A stretch of DNA of 64,000 nt from Myxococcales bacterium. Lineage in GTDB: Bacteria; Myxococcota_A; Polyangia; Polyangiales; Polyangiaceae. The DNA lies in NCBI GenBank assembly GCA_043747615.1, contig JAYTOU010000044.1, positions 1-64,000 on the forward strand, given 5' to 3'. A model generated the notes under the pieces. It was not told the origin of the DNA. It searched no databases and was given only the letters and a program-made list of their open reading frames with translations. Shown here piece after piece: positions 10,501 to 20,774 of this stretch. The number at the start of each line of letters is the position of its first letter. The stretch's first letter is position 1. Position numbers and translations under genes: made by a program.

Positions 10501-11388
10501 CTAGGCTCTGGCGAGCCTGACGATCAAGACCGAGCACGGCGCCATCCTCGCAATCTTCTCCGCCACGCTCCCAAGCAGTATCTGCGCGAGCCCCGTTCGC
10601 CCGTGGGTCGCCACGACCACGAGCTGAGCTTGCTTTGCCTCTGCCTCACGGACGATCGCAGCCGCGGGGTCGTCGTGGAGGACGATCGCCTCGCCTTTCG
10701 CTCCAATGCTGTTGAGCGCGCCTTCGAGCACGATTTTCGCCGCGCTCTCCACCTCGGCGACGACCTCCGCGGGGTGCGCGGCCGGCACCATGCCGAACGG
10801 GACCGCTGCGGCGTATGCGAGCGACGAGCCAAAATCGACGACGTGGACCGCGATGAGCTGCGCCTTCCTTTGCACCGCAGCGGCGTGAGCCGCAGAGAGC
10901 GCGGGCAGCGACGGCTCGGAGAGATCGGTCGCCACTAGGATCGGACCACCCTCTGGTCCCGACCGTGCGACGAGGACAGGACAAGGCGCGTGTCGGGCCA
11001 CCCGCTCAGACACGCTCCCGAGGAGAATGCGCTTGAGTCCTGTGAGGCCGTGGCTGCCGACGACGAGTAGATCGGCCTTCCATGCGCTGGCTCGACGGAC
11101 GATCTCGGCGTAGTCGATGCCTTGGTCCGCAAAGACCTCGAACTGGTCCGGTGCACGACCGGTGATCGAAGAGACGCGCTCCCTCACCGCCACGTCGGCC
11201 CGCGCGGAGAGGGCGGTGCTCTCGAGAATCCCCTCCTCGGTGCGCTGCGGAAAGAGCATGTTCATCGCCTGCACGTTGGGCAGCACGTGACATGCGGCGA
11301 GCACGCCGCCGCTCCCGACCCAGGCTTGGGCCTGGCGTATGGCTTCGTCGGCTGACTCGCTCAGATCGGTGGCGACAAGGACTCTCAT
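10501..11388 (-). CDS. Tandem-domain universal stress protein
   Basis: VLVATDLS...VVGSHG..LLGSVSERV..HAPCPVL, repeated. Confidence 0.95.
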   Translation of the reverse strand: MRVLVATDLSESADEAIRQAQAWVGSGGVLAACHVLPNVQAMNMLFPQRTEEGILESTALSARADVAVRERVSSITGRAPDQFEVFADQGIDYAEIVRRASAWKADLLVVGSHGLTGLKRILLGSVSERVARHAPCPVLVARSGPEGGPILVATDLSEPSLPALSAAHAAAVQRKAQLIAVHVVDFGSSLAYAAAVPFGMVPAAHPAEVVAEVESAAKIVLEGALNSIGAKGEAIVLHDDPAAAIVREAEAKQAQLVVVATHGRTGLAQILLGSVAEKIARMAPCSVLIVRLARA

Positions 11389-11441
11389 GCGGATTCTTCT
11401 CCTCCTTAGAACGTCGGATGCAAACCGCCACGCTCAATGGC

Positions 11442-11708
11442 TCAGCTACGGCGAACGGAGGGACGATCCTCGTCTGGCTTCTCGCTGACGTGCTTCCGGG
11501 TGTCGTACGCGAGGTGGTCACCGAGCGCGGCGTACGCTTGCCCAACGCTCTCCGGCGAGCCGAGCCCGTGGCTCCACGCGTCCAATGCGGCTCGCGCCAC
11601 CGCGTGCTCGAGTTGGTCTTCGCCTCGGCCTTCGCCGTCGACCTCGTGCGCGAGACGTTTTTTGACGGCTTTGCTCGAGGCGCCCGTGCTCTTCTTCTTC
11701 GGCTTCAT
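11442..11708 (-). CDS. Small hypothetical protein
   Basis: GGAGG RBS then MKPKKKSTG..., directly downstream of the OmpA gene. Confidence 0.45.
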   Translation of the reverse strand: MKPKKKSTGASSKAVKKRLAHEVDGEGRGEDQLEHAVARAALDAWSHGLGSPESVGQAYAALGDHLAYDTRKHVSEKPDEDRPSVRRS

Positions 11709-11718
11709 CCGAACCTCC

Positions 11719-12273
11719 CTACGGCGTCTCGACGAGGTCGATGTCGACCCGCCGATCCTGGCGCCAGGTGGCATCGCTGGCGCCCGTTGCGTCCAGCGAC
11801 CCTCGCGATGTGTCACTGAGCTGCGACGAGGCAACACCCAGTGCGGAGAGGTATTTTGAAACGGCGTTCGCCCGGCGCTCTCCGAGAGCCATGTTGTACT
11901 CGGCGGTTCCACGCGGATCGGCCCGCCCAACGAGCTTGACCGGACGTCCCTTGAGCGCCCCCGTCGTCAGGCACTGAGCGACCTGGGCGAGGACATCACG
12001 ATCTTCAGGAGTGATCGCGCTCTGATCGAAGTCGAACTTGGGCGAGTCCTTCGCGCTGTCGATCGCCGTGATGCCGCACAGCGTGCGAAAGCGTTCCGAG
12101 AGATAGATCGTCGAGTTGGTCTTACCGGGCGAAGCCGGCGCGAGGGCTTTCGCCGGGGCGACAGTGGTCGTCGTGGTCGTCGTGGCTGACTTGATCTCTT
12201 CGTGGCCGCAGCCGATCGCGAAGAGCGCAAGGGCACCGAGGGTGCCGAGCGAGATGGTCGAGCGAATCGTCAA
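11719..12273 (-). CDS. OmpA/Pal-like peptidoglycan-binding lipoprotein
   Basis: Lipobox AIGC; FDFDQS, GRADPRGTAEYNMALGERRA, DRRVD. Confidence 0.9.
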   Translation of the reverse strand: MTIRSTISLGTLGALALFAIGCGHEEIKSATTTTTTTVAPAKALAPASPGKTNSTIYLSERFRTLCGITAIDSAKDSPKFDFDQSAITPEDRDVLAQVAQCLTTGALKGRPVKLVGRADPRGTAEYNMALGERRANAVSKYLSALGVASSQLSDTSRGSLDATGASDATWRQDRRVDIDLVETP

Positions 12274-12304
12274 TGGATGATCTCCGTATTCATTTGCGGT
12301 CGAT

Positions 12305-12823
12305 TCAGACTGACGCGAAGGTGGCGACGTCCGCCGCGCCGTTGGTGCCGAGAACAGCGCGGGCGTTTTCGACCTCGGCGGGTGTCCCGTGAACGGTGAC
12401 CACGAATTTCCCGGCGGAGATCGCGGTCTCGTATTTGATGACGCTGTCCTTCGGAATTCCGCTGCTCATCAGACCAGCCCCAAGGACCCCGACGCTCGCG
12501 CCAAGTGTTGCTCCTTCGATGGCTCCTGCGATCCAACCGACGAGCGGGCCAAGCACGATGATGTGACCGACGCCCGGAATGAGAAACAAGCCAGCTCCGA
12601 TGAGCCACCCCCAGAGTCCGCCCCAGAAGGCTCCCGTCTTCCCCCAGAACTTCATGCGATCTTCGCTGTTATAGAAACCGATCGCGTGCTCCTCCGTCCG
12701 GTAATCCTTGCCGATGATGGAGAGGTTCTTCATTTCGAAATGGGCGTCGCGAAGCGCCTTGATCGCGCTCTCTGCTACCGTGTGACTGTCATAAACGGCG
12801 ACTACAGAATTCGACTGGGCCAT
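12305..12823 (-). CDS. General-stress membrane protein (YflT/DUF1269-like glycine zipper)
   Basis: VAVYDSH..AE.AIKAL..LSIIGKDY.TEEH...GAFWGGLWG...PGVG...GIPKDSVIKYE. Confidence 0.8.
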   Translation of the reverse strand: MAQSNSVVAVYDSHTVAESAIKALRDAHFEMKNLSIIGKDYRTEEHAIGFYNSEDRMKFWGKTGAFWGGLWGWLIGAGLFLIPGVGHIIVLGPLVGWIAGAIEGATLGASVGVLGAGLMSSGIPKDSVIKYETAISAGKFVVTVHGTPAEVENARAVLGTNGAADVATFASV

Positions 12824-12956
12824 GATTGTTCGCTCCATTTTTCCGGCGTGTTCGCGTACAGGCCACTGTGTGATGCGCCTTCCATCGCGCGGGGTGCGGC
12901 TTATTCGGCCACCGCGAACGATTCTTTCCTAAGGGCGTCGCGCCGCGCACGACGAT

Positions 12957-14402
12957 TCACTTGCTCGGAGCGAGCTTCGCGGCGCGGGCGAGCGGCAAGA
13001 GCACTTCGAACGTGGAGCCGATCTTCGCGTCGCTCCGGAGGCGAGCTTGACCTCCGTGCGCCTCGATCACCGCCTTTACCAGCGAAAGCCCCAAGCCGAG
13101 CCCGCGTTCGGAGCGACTGCGATCGCCACGGAAGAGGCGCTCCCAAACGCGAGGTCGGTCCGCGGGTTCGACGCCCGGTCCCGTGTCCGCGACAGACACA
13201 ATGCCCCAGGCCTCGTGGCTCGTGACCGAGACCTCCACGCGCCCTCCGGGCGGCGTGTACTTGATGGCGTTGTCGACCAAGTTCGCACACGCCTGGAGAA
13301 TCCGTCGTCGATCGACGACCACCAGCACGCCGGGTGCAAGTCTCGTCACGACGTGAACGCCGCGCTCGCTCGAGACGAACTCGTATAGCTCCACGGCCTC
13401 CCGGGCGATGCTCGCGAGATCCTCGGTCTTCCTGTCGAGATGCATGGCGCCCGCTTCGGCCTCGGTGATGTCCATGAGCATCGTGAGCATGCCAAGCACG
13501 CGATCGGTCTCTTCGATGACGTCCGCCAGCGCATCTCCCGTCTTCGCGGCCTCGGGCGGATTGCGCAGCGCAAGCTCGGCGCCGGCGCGGAGACGCGCGA
13601 GCGGCGTCCTGAGATCGTGGGCGACGTTGTCGAGCGACTCCTTCATCGCCCGCACGAGCCGCTCGTTTCGCGCGAGCAACCGGTTGAACAGCACCCCGAG
13701 TTGTTCGAGGTCGTCCGCCGAGCCGTGCACGGGAACGCGCAGAGCGAGATCCCCGGATTCGAGAATGTTCTGCGTCACCCGCGCGAGATCCCCGATCGGA
13801 CGGAGCGCGCGCCGGCTGATCACGAACGCGCCGACGATCGCCGACAGGAGACCACCAACGATGATGAGCCACAGAACCTCGCGCGCATTTTTCCAAACGC
13901 GCGGGCCCTCGTCGTCGTGAACGAGCACTTCGAGCCGGCGCCCTTGCGAGATGCGCGCGACCGCCACATGCCAGTCTTTGGGTGCTTCGACCGCGGGGGC
14001 GTGGCCTTTCTCTCGCAGAGCAGCCGCCACCCGGCCCGAAGTGTCGTCTGAAGAGACGGCGAGGATGTCCACATCGCGCTCGTCTGTGACGCGAACGGCG
14101 ACGCCCAGCTTCGCTCCGTCTTCGTCGGCGACGAGCGCGCGAAGAGCCTCCGTGCCTCCCGCCTCGAACGCCCTCCGGTAGCGCTCGAGAAGCGTCTCCG
14201 CGGAACGTTGGCCCTCATGCTCGACCCACGCGTGGGTGTGAAGCGCGAAAACTCCTGCGACCACAACGAAGGATGCGACGGTGACGGCGAGATACCAGAG
14301 CGCGAGCCGCGCGCCGAGCGAACGCCAGGCTCGTGTTCCCGCCACGTTGCCCGCGTTTCCGGCTTCTGTCGCGCGGCTCCGGCTATTCGGAACGGAGGAC
14401 AT
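12957..14402 (-). CDS. Sensor histidine kinase (HAMP-HisKA-HATPase)
   Basis: AHDLRTPL, NLVDNAIKY, DTGPG, GLGLGLS. Confidence 0.93.
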   Translation of the reverse strand: MSSVPNSRSRATEAGNAGNVAGTRAWRSLGARLALWYLAVTVASFVVVAGVFALHTHAWVEHEGQRSAETLLERYRRAFEAGGTEALRALVADEDGAKLGVAVRVTDERDVDILAVSSDDTSGRVAAALREKGHAPAVEAPKDWHVAVARISQGRRLEVLVHDDEGPRVWKNAREVLWLIIVGGLLSAIVGAFVISRRALRPIGDLARVTQNILESGDLALRVPVHGSADDLEQLGVLFNRLLARNERLVRAMKESLDNVAHDLRTPLARLRAGAELALRNPPEAAKTGDALADVIEETDRVLGMLTMLMDITEAEAGAMHLDRKTEDLASIAREAVELYEFVSSERGVHVVTRLAPGVLVVVDRRRILQACANLVDNAIKYTPPGGRVEVSVTSHEAWGIVSVADTGPGVEPADRPRVWERLFRGDRSRSERGLGLGLSLVKAVIEAHGGQARLRSDAKIGSTFEVLLPLARAAKLAPSK

Positions 14403-15060
14403 ATCCGACCCCGCGAATCGTATGAATGAGCTTACGCGGGAAATCTCGGTCGATTTTCGATCGAAGACGGCTGACGAGGACGTCGACAACGTTCGTCTGG
14501 GGGTCGAAGCCATAGTCCCAGACGTGCTCGAGGATCATCGTCTTCGAGAGGACGCGCCCGGGGTTTCGCATCAGGTATTCGAGGAGCACGAACTCCTTGC
14601 CTTGGATCTCGATCGTTCGGCCGTCGCGATGCACGCGCCGCCCAATCAGATCGAGAACGAGACCTTCCACCTCGAGACGGGGTGGCGCCTCGACGTTCGC
14701 CGACGCCCGTCGCGTCAACGCCCCAACGCGGGCGACGAGCTCGGCAAACGAGAACGGCTTCGTGAGGTAGTCGTCCGCTCCCGATTCGAGCCCTCGAACG
14801 CGGTCCTCGACGTCGGCGCGCGCGCTGAGAACGATGATGGGCGTCGTGACTTTGGCGGCGCGAAGGGCGCGGATGATCGAGAGGCCGTCCTTCCCGGGAA
14901 GCATCAGATCGACGATGGCGATGTCGACCCCTGCTTGGCGCGCAAGGTCGAGGCCCTCGTTACCACCGCGAGCCCAAGAGACGACGTGGCCTTCTTGCTT
15001 CAGGCCCTGGCTCACGAAGCTACCGATCTTCTCGTCGTCTTCGATGAGCACTACATGCAT
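14383..15060 (-). CDS. OmpR-family response regulator (CusR/CzcR-like)
   Basis: DLMLP, GADDYLTKPFSFAEL, VWDYGFDPQTNVVDV, TIRGVGY. Confidence 0.95.
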   Translation of the reverse strand: MHVVLIEDDEKIGSFVSQGLKQEGHVVSWARGGNEGLDLARQAGVDIAIVDLMLPGKDGLSIIRALRAAKVTTPIIVLSARADVEDRVRGLESGADDYLTKPFSFAELVARVGALTRRASANVEAPPRLEVEGLVLDLIGRRVHRDGRTIEIQGKEFVLLEYLMRNPGRVLSKTMILEHVWDYGFDPQTNVVDVLVSRLRSKIDRDFPRKLIHTIRGVGYVLRSE

Positions 15061-15074
15061 TCAGAAGCCTTCTG

Positions 15075-15743
15075 TCAGCTGGCCGGACCGCCAATCGATG
15101 AAAGACTGCTTAGCGGGACCCACCCTTCGAGTCCATCGCCGCGGCGGACGCGAACGAAACCGCCGTGCTTCGCTTCGAGGAGAACCAGACTTCCCGGAGG
15201 CAGCGGACCTTCTGCCGCAGCGCCGGGGTACGGAGCCACGAGAGCCGTCGCGTCGCGGCCCGTGATGACCGAGAGCGAGGAGTCGCCCGACGAGACGAGC
15301 GCCGCCATGGAGAGCGCGAACATGCCGCCCGTTGCCAGAGCCACGACGCCGATGCGGCCCGCGCGCTTTCGGGCGATCACGACGGCGAGCGCCAGACCAC
15401 CGAGCCAACCGAAGGCCGTCGCCAGCGCCGACCACTCTGCGACCGTGATGAGGCGGAAGGTCCGTTGAAGGATCGGCTCTGCGTCCACGGCACCCGCCGA
15501 AAGGAGGGCCGCGCGCACGAACTCCGCGCGAGGAGCGAAGAGACGCGCCCGTTCGAATTCGAGGACCGCGTTCGCGCGATCGTTCGCGACGAGCGCCCGC
15601 TCGCCTTCGTGGACGCGGAGGTGGGCTTGCGCCGTTTCCTCGGTGAGAAGCGTCCGCGCGCCCAGGCCGAGCGCGACGAGCAGTAGAGAGACCCCGAGCC
15701 CCGCTGCGATGCGAGCCGCGATGACGCGAGGTGACGGGGTCAC
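15075..15743 (-). CDS. BatE-like protein (TPR-like helix, TMs, SH3-like C-terminus)
   Basis: GTGA overlap with the batD stop; AVLEFERARLFAP; C-terminal VRVRRGDGLEGWVP. Confidence 0.7.
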   Translation of the reverse strand: MTPSPRVIAARIAAGLGVSLLLVALGLGARTLLTEETAQAHLRVHEGERALVANDRANAVLEFERARLFAPRAEFVRAALLSAGAVDAEPILQRTFRLITVAEWSALATAFGWLGGLALAVVIARKRAGRIGVVALATGGMFALSMAALVSSGDSSLSVITGRDATALVAPYPGAAAEGPLPPGSLVLLEAKHGGFVRVRRGDGLEGWVPLSSLSSIGGPAS

Positions 15744-17266
15744 GACGCACCTCGCAGGGATTGCTCGACCGAGCGGCACAGCGTTTTGAGATCCGCTCCG
15801 TCCATGCCTGCGCGCGCGAAACGCAGCGCTTCGTCCGTGGCGAGGACTTCGGCCAACGGATCTCCTTTCGGCCCGAGTCGGTCTCTGATTTTCTGCGCGG
15901 TCACCTCCTCGAGAGGAACGCCCCAGCGGCTGGCGAGCCGAGTCTCGATGAGGCGGTGCGCGGAGTCGAAGAATGGACCGACGCTTCCTGCGAGCGCTGC
16001 CCGTTTCATGTTCCTTCGAAGAGAGCGCTCTGCCCGGCGTCGCCCGAGCACGCGATAGAGCGAGACGGCGAGGATGATGACCGCGACCGGTACCATGCGA
16101 ACGCCGATCTCCCACGGAGTCGTCTTCGGCAAGTTGGCCTGCGTCGTAGGGGTTTCTCCCGTGGCGGGAACGGCCGAAGCTGCGCCCCCCGCACTTGCGC
16201 TCGGGCTCACGGGTTCCGCCACCGCGGTGCCGTCCACCGAAACGTTCAAGGGCGCCGTCTCGCGCGTAACGTACTTTCCGGCGGCCGGATCGAAGGCAGT
16301 GAACGAGACGGGCGGCACGGTGAGATCGCCGCCGTGCAGCGGAATGAGCAGCTGCTCGAACACCTTGCGTTCGAGCTTCCCGCCAACCGCCTCCCGCGTC
16401 ACTTTTGGCGGGTACGCCTTCCAGGTGTCCGAAGCGGCGACGCCTGGAAGATCGACGCGATCGAGGTCCCCGGCGCCTTCGACGGTAATGCGGAGCGTGA
16501 GTGGCTCCGAGACGTGCGCGTGGGCAGAGGACAGAGAGGCCTTGAGATCGAAGCGGCCCACGGCTCCCGAGAATGAGGGCGGCTGGTTCGCGGTCGGGAG
16601 CGCGAGGACGTCGATGTCGCGAGAGGCGGCCTTCAGGGCCACAGGCTCTTCGTGAACGCGACCGCGTGGCTGCTCGAACATCTGCATTTGCTGTCGCATA
16701 TGATTGCGCATCCGATCGAAGAAGGACGAATCGAAAGGATCTGCCCCGAAGCCCGCGAAGGGATCGTCCGGCGCCTCTTCGCGCACGACGGTGCGCGGAG
16801 CGGCATCGCGGTACTTGATGCGCACTGGCAGCTCGACGGAGAGCCCGAGCGGTCCCGGCGATGACGGGGTGAAGGTTCCGGACCATTTCACGACGAACGT
16901 GGGCTCGCCGTCGACGATCTCGGTCGTCTGACGCGGAGCGCGCGCAAGCTCCGAGGTCATGATCCCTTTCGAAGCAAGCTGCACCGCGCCTTCGAGAGTC
17001 ACGCTCTCGACGTCCCGGAAAAATGCGGTCACCGTCACCGGCACTGCCTGACCGACCCACGGCTTCGCCTGTCCGACGTCCATGCGCAATGACGCCCGCG
17101 CGCGACGAGGCTTCTCGGTGCCAGGTGGCCGGTTGGGCGTTTGCGGGAGAGACGCTTGCGGGAGGGGCGGGTACGCGGTCGCTTGCGGCGCCGCGGAGGA
17201 GCTCGTCGGCCATCCCGCCATGAGGAGTGCGCCGATCGCAGCGGCAAACAAGGGTTTGGAGTGCAT
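15740..17266 (-). CDS. batD: BatD-family protein
   Basis: Signal peptide; LP..QPPSFSGAVGRF, VPPVSFTAFDP..GKY; operon position. Confidence 0.85.
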   Translation of the reverse strand: MHSKPLFAAAIGALLMAGWPTSSSAAPQATAYPPLPQASLPQTPNRPPGTEKPRRARASLRMDVGQAKPWVGQAVPVTVTAFFRDVESVTLEGAVQLASKGIMTSELARAPRQTTEIVDGEPTFVVKWSGTFTPSSPGPLGLSVELPVRIKYRDAAPRTVVREEAPDDPFAGFGADPFDSSFFDRMRNHMRQQMQMFEQPRGRVHEEPVALKAASRDIDVLALPTANQPPSFSGAVGRFDLKASLSSAHAHVSEPLTLRITVEGAGDLDRVDLPGVAASDTWKAYPPKVTREAVGGKLERKVFEQLLIPLHGGDLTVPPVSFTAFDPAAGKYVTRETAPLNVSVDGTAVAEPVSPSASAGGAASAVPATGETPTTQANLPKTTPWEIGVRMVPVAVIILAVSLYRVLGRRRAERSLRRNMKRAALAGSVGPFFDSAHRLIETRLASRWGVPLEEVTAQKIRDRLGPKGDPLAEVLATDEALRFARAGMDGADLKTLCRSVEQSLRGAS

Positions 17267-17269
17267 CGC

Positions 17270-19183
17270 TTACCAGTCCTTTCGCGGGGGATCGTCGTTG
17301 GAGATACCGGCGTCCGCGCCTCGCGCCGCGCCACGGTGTTCCTCGCCTCGGAGCGCTCCGAGCAGTGCCCGCGCGTCGCGTGGGGAGAGCCCGGGCTGGT
17401 CACCTTTTTCATTCGCGGGCGCCGGCGGAGAAGTGCCGCCTCCCGGTGCCGCCGGTGCGGGCTTCGGCGGGCCACCGTTCGCGGACGGGTTGCTCCTGTC
17501 GTCGCCTTTGCCGGCTGGGCCTTTGGCTTTTTCCCCTTGGCCCTTCCCCGGGTCTTTCGGATCTTGCGCGCCTTTGCCGTCCTTCGAACCGTCCTTGGGA
17601 TCTTGCGTACCCTTGTCGCCGCCCTGTTTCTGCGTGTCGTCCTGCTTCTGTTTCTCGTCCTGTTTCTGCTTGTCCTCTTGTTTTTGCTTCTCCTCGAGCT
17701 CCGCCAGCTTGCGCTTCACGAAGTCGCGATTGAAACGCGCATCGGCGTCCGCAGGCTCGAGCGCGAGCGCGCCCTCGTAGGCCGTCACGGCTGCCTTCCA
17801 CTGTTCGATCGTCTGCGGGCGGGCGTCGATTTTGTGCCCTTCGCCGGCGCGGTAGAGGGAATCGCCTTGATTGTAGAGCACATGCTCTTGGAGCTTGGGA
17901 TCGGCCGACGTCAGCGCTCGCTTGAACGCTGCGCTCGCCGCGTCGTACTGCTTGGCCTTGTAGGCGGCGTCGCCGGCATTGAACGCGAGTCGGGCGTCTT
18001 TTGGATTCTTCGCGCTCTCCGCTTCGTATTCCTTGGCGGCCTCCTCGAAGCGTCCCGCAGCGTAGGCCTTGTTTGCCTCCGCGGCCGAGGCGTGCGCCGG
18101 GCGCGGTACGACGAGAAGAAGCAGTGCCGCCACGGCTGCGGCAGGTGCCGAACGTCGAGATTTCCACGTGATCTTACGCCAGGGAATTCCGAGCAGCGCG
18201 TCGAGCGCGATCCCGATAAGCGCAAGTCCGAGCGGGATTTCGAAGCGCTCCGAGTAGACGCGGCGCGTCCTCGACGACGCTTCGACGTGCGCCCGCGCGG
18301 CGAGCGATTCCTTGTACAGCCGATCGAGTCCCAGACCGTCGACTCCGAGCGCGCGGTAAGTTCCGTGGGCCGAAGCGGCGATGGCCCGCAGTCCCGTCTC
18401 GTCGAGGCGTGAGCGAACGGCATTTCCCGCTTCGTCGCGAACGACACCCACGACCCTTCCCCTGTCGTCCTTCGCGGGCACGATTTCGCCCTCCGCCGAC
18501 CCGACCCCCACCGTGTCGATGATGATGCCCTCGGCTTCGGCCTTCTTCCCCTCTTCGAGACCCTCGCCCTCGAGATCCTCGCCGTCACTGAGGAGCACCA
18601 TCGCCTTCTGATGGCCAGGCTCGCTTGCGAGGGCGACGGTGGCGACGTCGATCGCGCGTCCGATATTGGTGCCTCCGCGCGCAATGATCGACGTGTCGAG
18701 GGCGTCGACGGTTTCGAGGAGCGCAGCGTGATCCAAGGTCATCGGGCTCTGCACGCGCGCGTCTCCTGCGAAGGCGACGAGACCGATGCGGTCTCCCGGA
18801 AATCGATCGACGAGATCGCGGATGGCAAGTTTCACGCGGCCCAGGCGAGATGGCTTCACGTCGTCGGCGTCCATGCTCTTCGAGGTGTCGACGACGAGGA
18901 GGAGATCGATCCCTTTGCGATCCACCGTCTCCCAGTGGGTGCCCCTCTGCGGCCGAGCGAGCGCGCCGAAGCCCATCGCGACGGCGAACGTCACCACCCC
19001 GACGCGCAGCCACCTGCGAAACTGCGAAGGGAGCGCGGCATGCGCCGGGAGAATTCGAGCGCCCATCAAGAGCGCGATGGCGTGGGTTCTTTTGTGCTCG
19101 GCGCGAACGAGGAGCACGAGGAGGATCACGACGCTGATCCCTCCGATCACGAGCCAACTAGGATTTGCAAATCGCATGGTCAT
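17270..19183 (-). CDS. batB: BatB/BatC-like VWA plus TPR protein
   Basis: DTSKSM MIDAS, DRIGLVAFAG, SDGED, TPRs (YNQG), Q/K-rich tail ending KDW. Confidence 0.88.
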   Translation of the reverse strand: MTMRFANPSWLVIGGISVVILLVLLVRAEHKRTHAIALLMGARILPAHAALPSQFRRWLRVGVVTFAVAMGFGALARPQRGTHWETVDRKGIDLLLVVDTSKSMDADDVKPSRLGRVKLAIRDLVDRFPGDRIGLVAFAGDARVQSPMTLDHAALLETVDALDTSIIARGGTNIGRAIDVATVALASEPGHQKAMVLLSDGEDLEGEGLEEGKKAEAEGIIIDTVGVGSAEGEIVPAKDDRGRVVGVVRDEAGNAVRSRLDETGLRAIAASAHGTYRALGVDGLGLDRLYKESLAARAHVEASSRTRRVYSERFEIPLGLALIGIALDALLGIPWRKITWKSRRSAPAAAVAALLLLVVPRPAHASAAEANKAYAAGRFEEAAKEYEAESAKNPKDARLAFNAGDAAYKAKQYDAASAAFKRALTSADPKLQEHVLYNQGDSLYRAGEGHKIDARPQTIEQWKAAVTAYEGALALEPADADARFNRDFVKRKLAELEEKQKQEDKQKQDEKQKQDDTQKQGGDKGTQDPKDGSKDGKGAQDPKDPGKGQGEKAKGPAGKGDDRSNPSANGGPPKPAPAAPGGGTSPPAPANEKGDQPGLSPRDARALLGALRGEEHRGAARGADAGISNDDPPRKDW

Positions 19184-19206
19184 TCTCCACGAAAAGGGGA
19201 AACAGC

Positions 19207-20217
19207 TCAGCCGGGCACGCGGCGAAAACGCGTTGCGGACAATCCAAGCTCGGCGAGCATGGCGAAGAGGCCAGGGACGGCGAACCAAGCGAAGCGCTCG
19301 TTCTTTTCGGAGTAGCTCTTGAGCGTTCGCGTCGTCTTCTCGAGGCGGTCAATCTCCGCGTACACGTCGCGGAGCGATGCGGTGTCGGTGGCGCGGTAGA
19401 ACTTCCCGCCCGTCGTCTCGGCCACTTGTTTCATTCCAGCTTCGTCCACGTCCACGCGGGCCTTGACGAGCTGCTGGCGTCCTTTTTCGTCGGTGACCGG
19501 AACGAGCGCCTCGCCATTCGAGCCGACGGCGATCGTGTAGACCTTCACCCCGAGAGACTTCGCGGCCTCGGCGGCGGCGCTCGGTTGAATCTTCCCGGCG
19601 TTGTTCTGGCCATCCGTCAAGAGGACGAGAATCTTCGACTTGGCGTCTTGCGCGTCGAGGCGTCGAACGCCAACGGCGATGGCAGATCCAATCGCTGTCC
19701 CGTCGCGAAGCTCGCTCGCACCGAGTCTCTCGACGCTCCGCAGCACCCAGTCGTGATCGAGGGTGAGGGGGCTCGCGAGGTATGGTTCTCCCGCGAACGC
19801 CACGAGACCGATGCGATCGTTTGTCCGATCCTGCACGAAGCGACTCACGACCAACTTCGCCGCATCGAGTCGACTCATAGGCTCCGCACCCGGACTTGCC
19901 GAGGCCATGTCTCGGGCCTGCATCGATCCGCTCACATCGATGGCGAGCATCACGTCGACCCCCGACGCCTGGACCTGCGCGCTATGGCGCTCGGTGTCCG
20001 GCCGTGCGAGGGCGACGACGAGCAGTCCCGCCCCGACCCAGCGGAGCGCGGGAAGGAAGCGGCCCCAGCGCGTTCGACGCGTCTTGGCCACGGTGCGAAC
20101 GAGATCCGCGCTCGAGTAGGCGACGGCGGCGGGTCGCCCCTTACGCGCGAGCCAGAACGCGACGAGGGTGAGGGGGATGAACAGGAGAAGAACGAGGGGA
20201 TGCTCGAAGTGGATCAT
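19207..20217 (-). CDS. batA: BatA-like VWA protein
   Basis: DVSGSM, DRIGLVAF, PLTLDH, GTAIG, LLTDGQNNAG. Confidence 0.92.
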   Translation of the reverse strand: MIHFEHPLVLLLFIPLTLVAFWLARKGRPAAVAYSSADLVRTVAKTRRTRWGRFLPALRWVGAGLLVVALARPDTERHSAQVQASGVDVMLAIDVSGSMQARDMASASPGAEPMSRLDAAKLVVSRFVQDRTNDRIGLVAFAGEPYLASPLTLDHDWVLRSVERLGASELRDGTAIGSAIAVGVRRLDAQDAKSKILVLLTDGQNNAGKIQPSAAAEAAKSLGVKVYTIAVGSNGEALVPVTDEKGRQQLVKARVDVDEAGMKQVAETTGGKFYRATDTASLRDVYAEIDRLEKTTRTLKSYSEKNERFAWFAVPGLFAMLAELGLSATRFRRVPG

Positions 20218-20774
20218 GGCGTCACCGGGACTGCGCGAAGTGGAAGAGTGCGAGGTTTGGGCGGAGGCGACAAAAGCCTCTCCGCAAGCTCACGAGCGAT
20301 GTTTGTCTTCGCGAGGAGCACTTCCGCGTCGAGGCTCGCCAACGCGAAGCGTGCGAGATCGCAGGTTCCGAGGAGCTCGATGAGCTGCGGCGCTTCGCTC
20401 AGATATAGAGTCTGCGCTACGGGGTCGGTCGCCTCGGCGAGCGGAGGCTGCGCCCAGGGCGACTTTGCCAGCTCGGTCGTGTTCTGCGGGAGCACGTCGG
20501 CTCCCAGTCGTGAGGCAAGCGCGCCGCGCAATGTCTCGGCGACGATATCGGCCCACTCGTTTGCCCGTCCGGCACGTGCATGTGCCTCCGCGGCAAGGAG
20601 AGCCTGGCGCGCTCGCTCCAGCGGCGTAAGCATTGCCCCGCGCCGCTTTTGCCACGCTCGCACGAGAAGAACGATGGCGAGCGAGAGCAGGGCTGCCACC
20701 GCGATCGCGAGTGGCCAGTGCCACCACACCGGAATGGCGAGCGGCGCACGGATGTCCCGAATGTCCTCGATCAT
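20214..20774 (-). CDS. DUF4381-like single-TM protein of Bat operons
   Basis: MIEDIRDIRAP..WW..TM..CDLARFA; ATGA overlaps on both sides. Confidence 0.75.
   Translation of the reverse strand: MIEDIRDIRAPLAIPVWWHWPLAIAVAALLSLAIVLLVRAWQKRRGAMLTPLERARQALLAAEAHARAGRANEWADIVAETLRGALASRLGADVLPQNTTELAKSPWAQPPLAEATDPVAQTLYLSEAPQLIELLGTCDLARFALASLDAEVLLAKTNIARELAERLLSPPPKPRTLPLRAVPVTP

Noticed and set aside
11420..11435. Possible sigma54 boxes before USP 11388, USP 25911, ORF 7366, KGG 9406, pgm and ORF 3640
   Set aside because: Most lack a correctly spaced GG or GC; 3670-3684 fits the spacing but matches the consensus poorly
15075..17213. 712-aa ORF as one protein
   Set aside because: Its first ~490 codons overlap batD in another frame; only 15075-15743 looks coding
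17560..17700. Repetitive Q/K/D/G-coding stretch
   Set aside because: Normal low-complexity linker of BatB/BatC proteins
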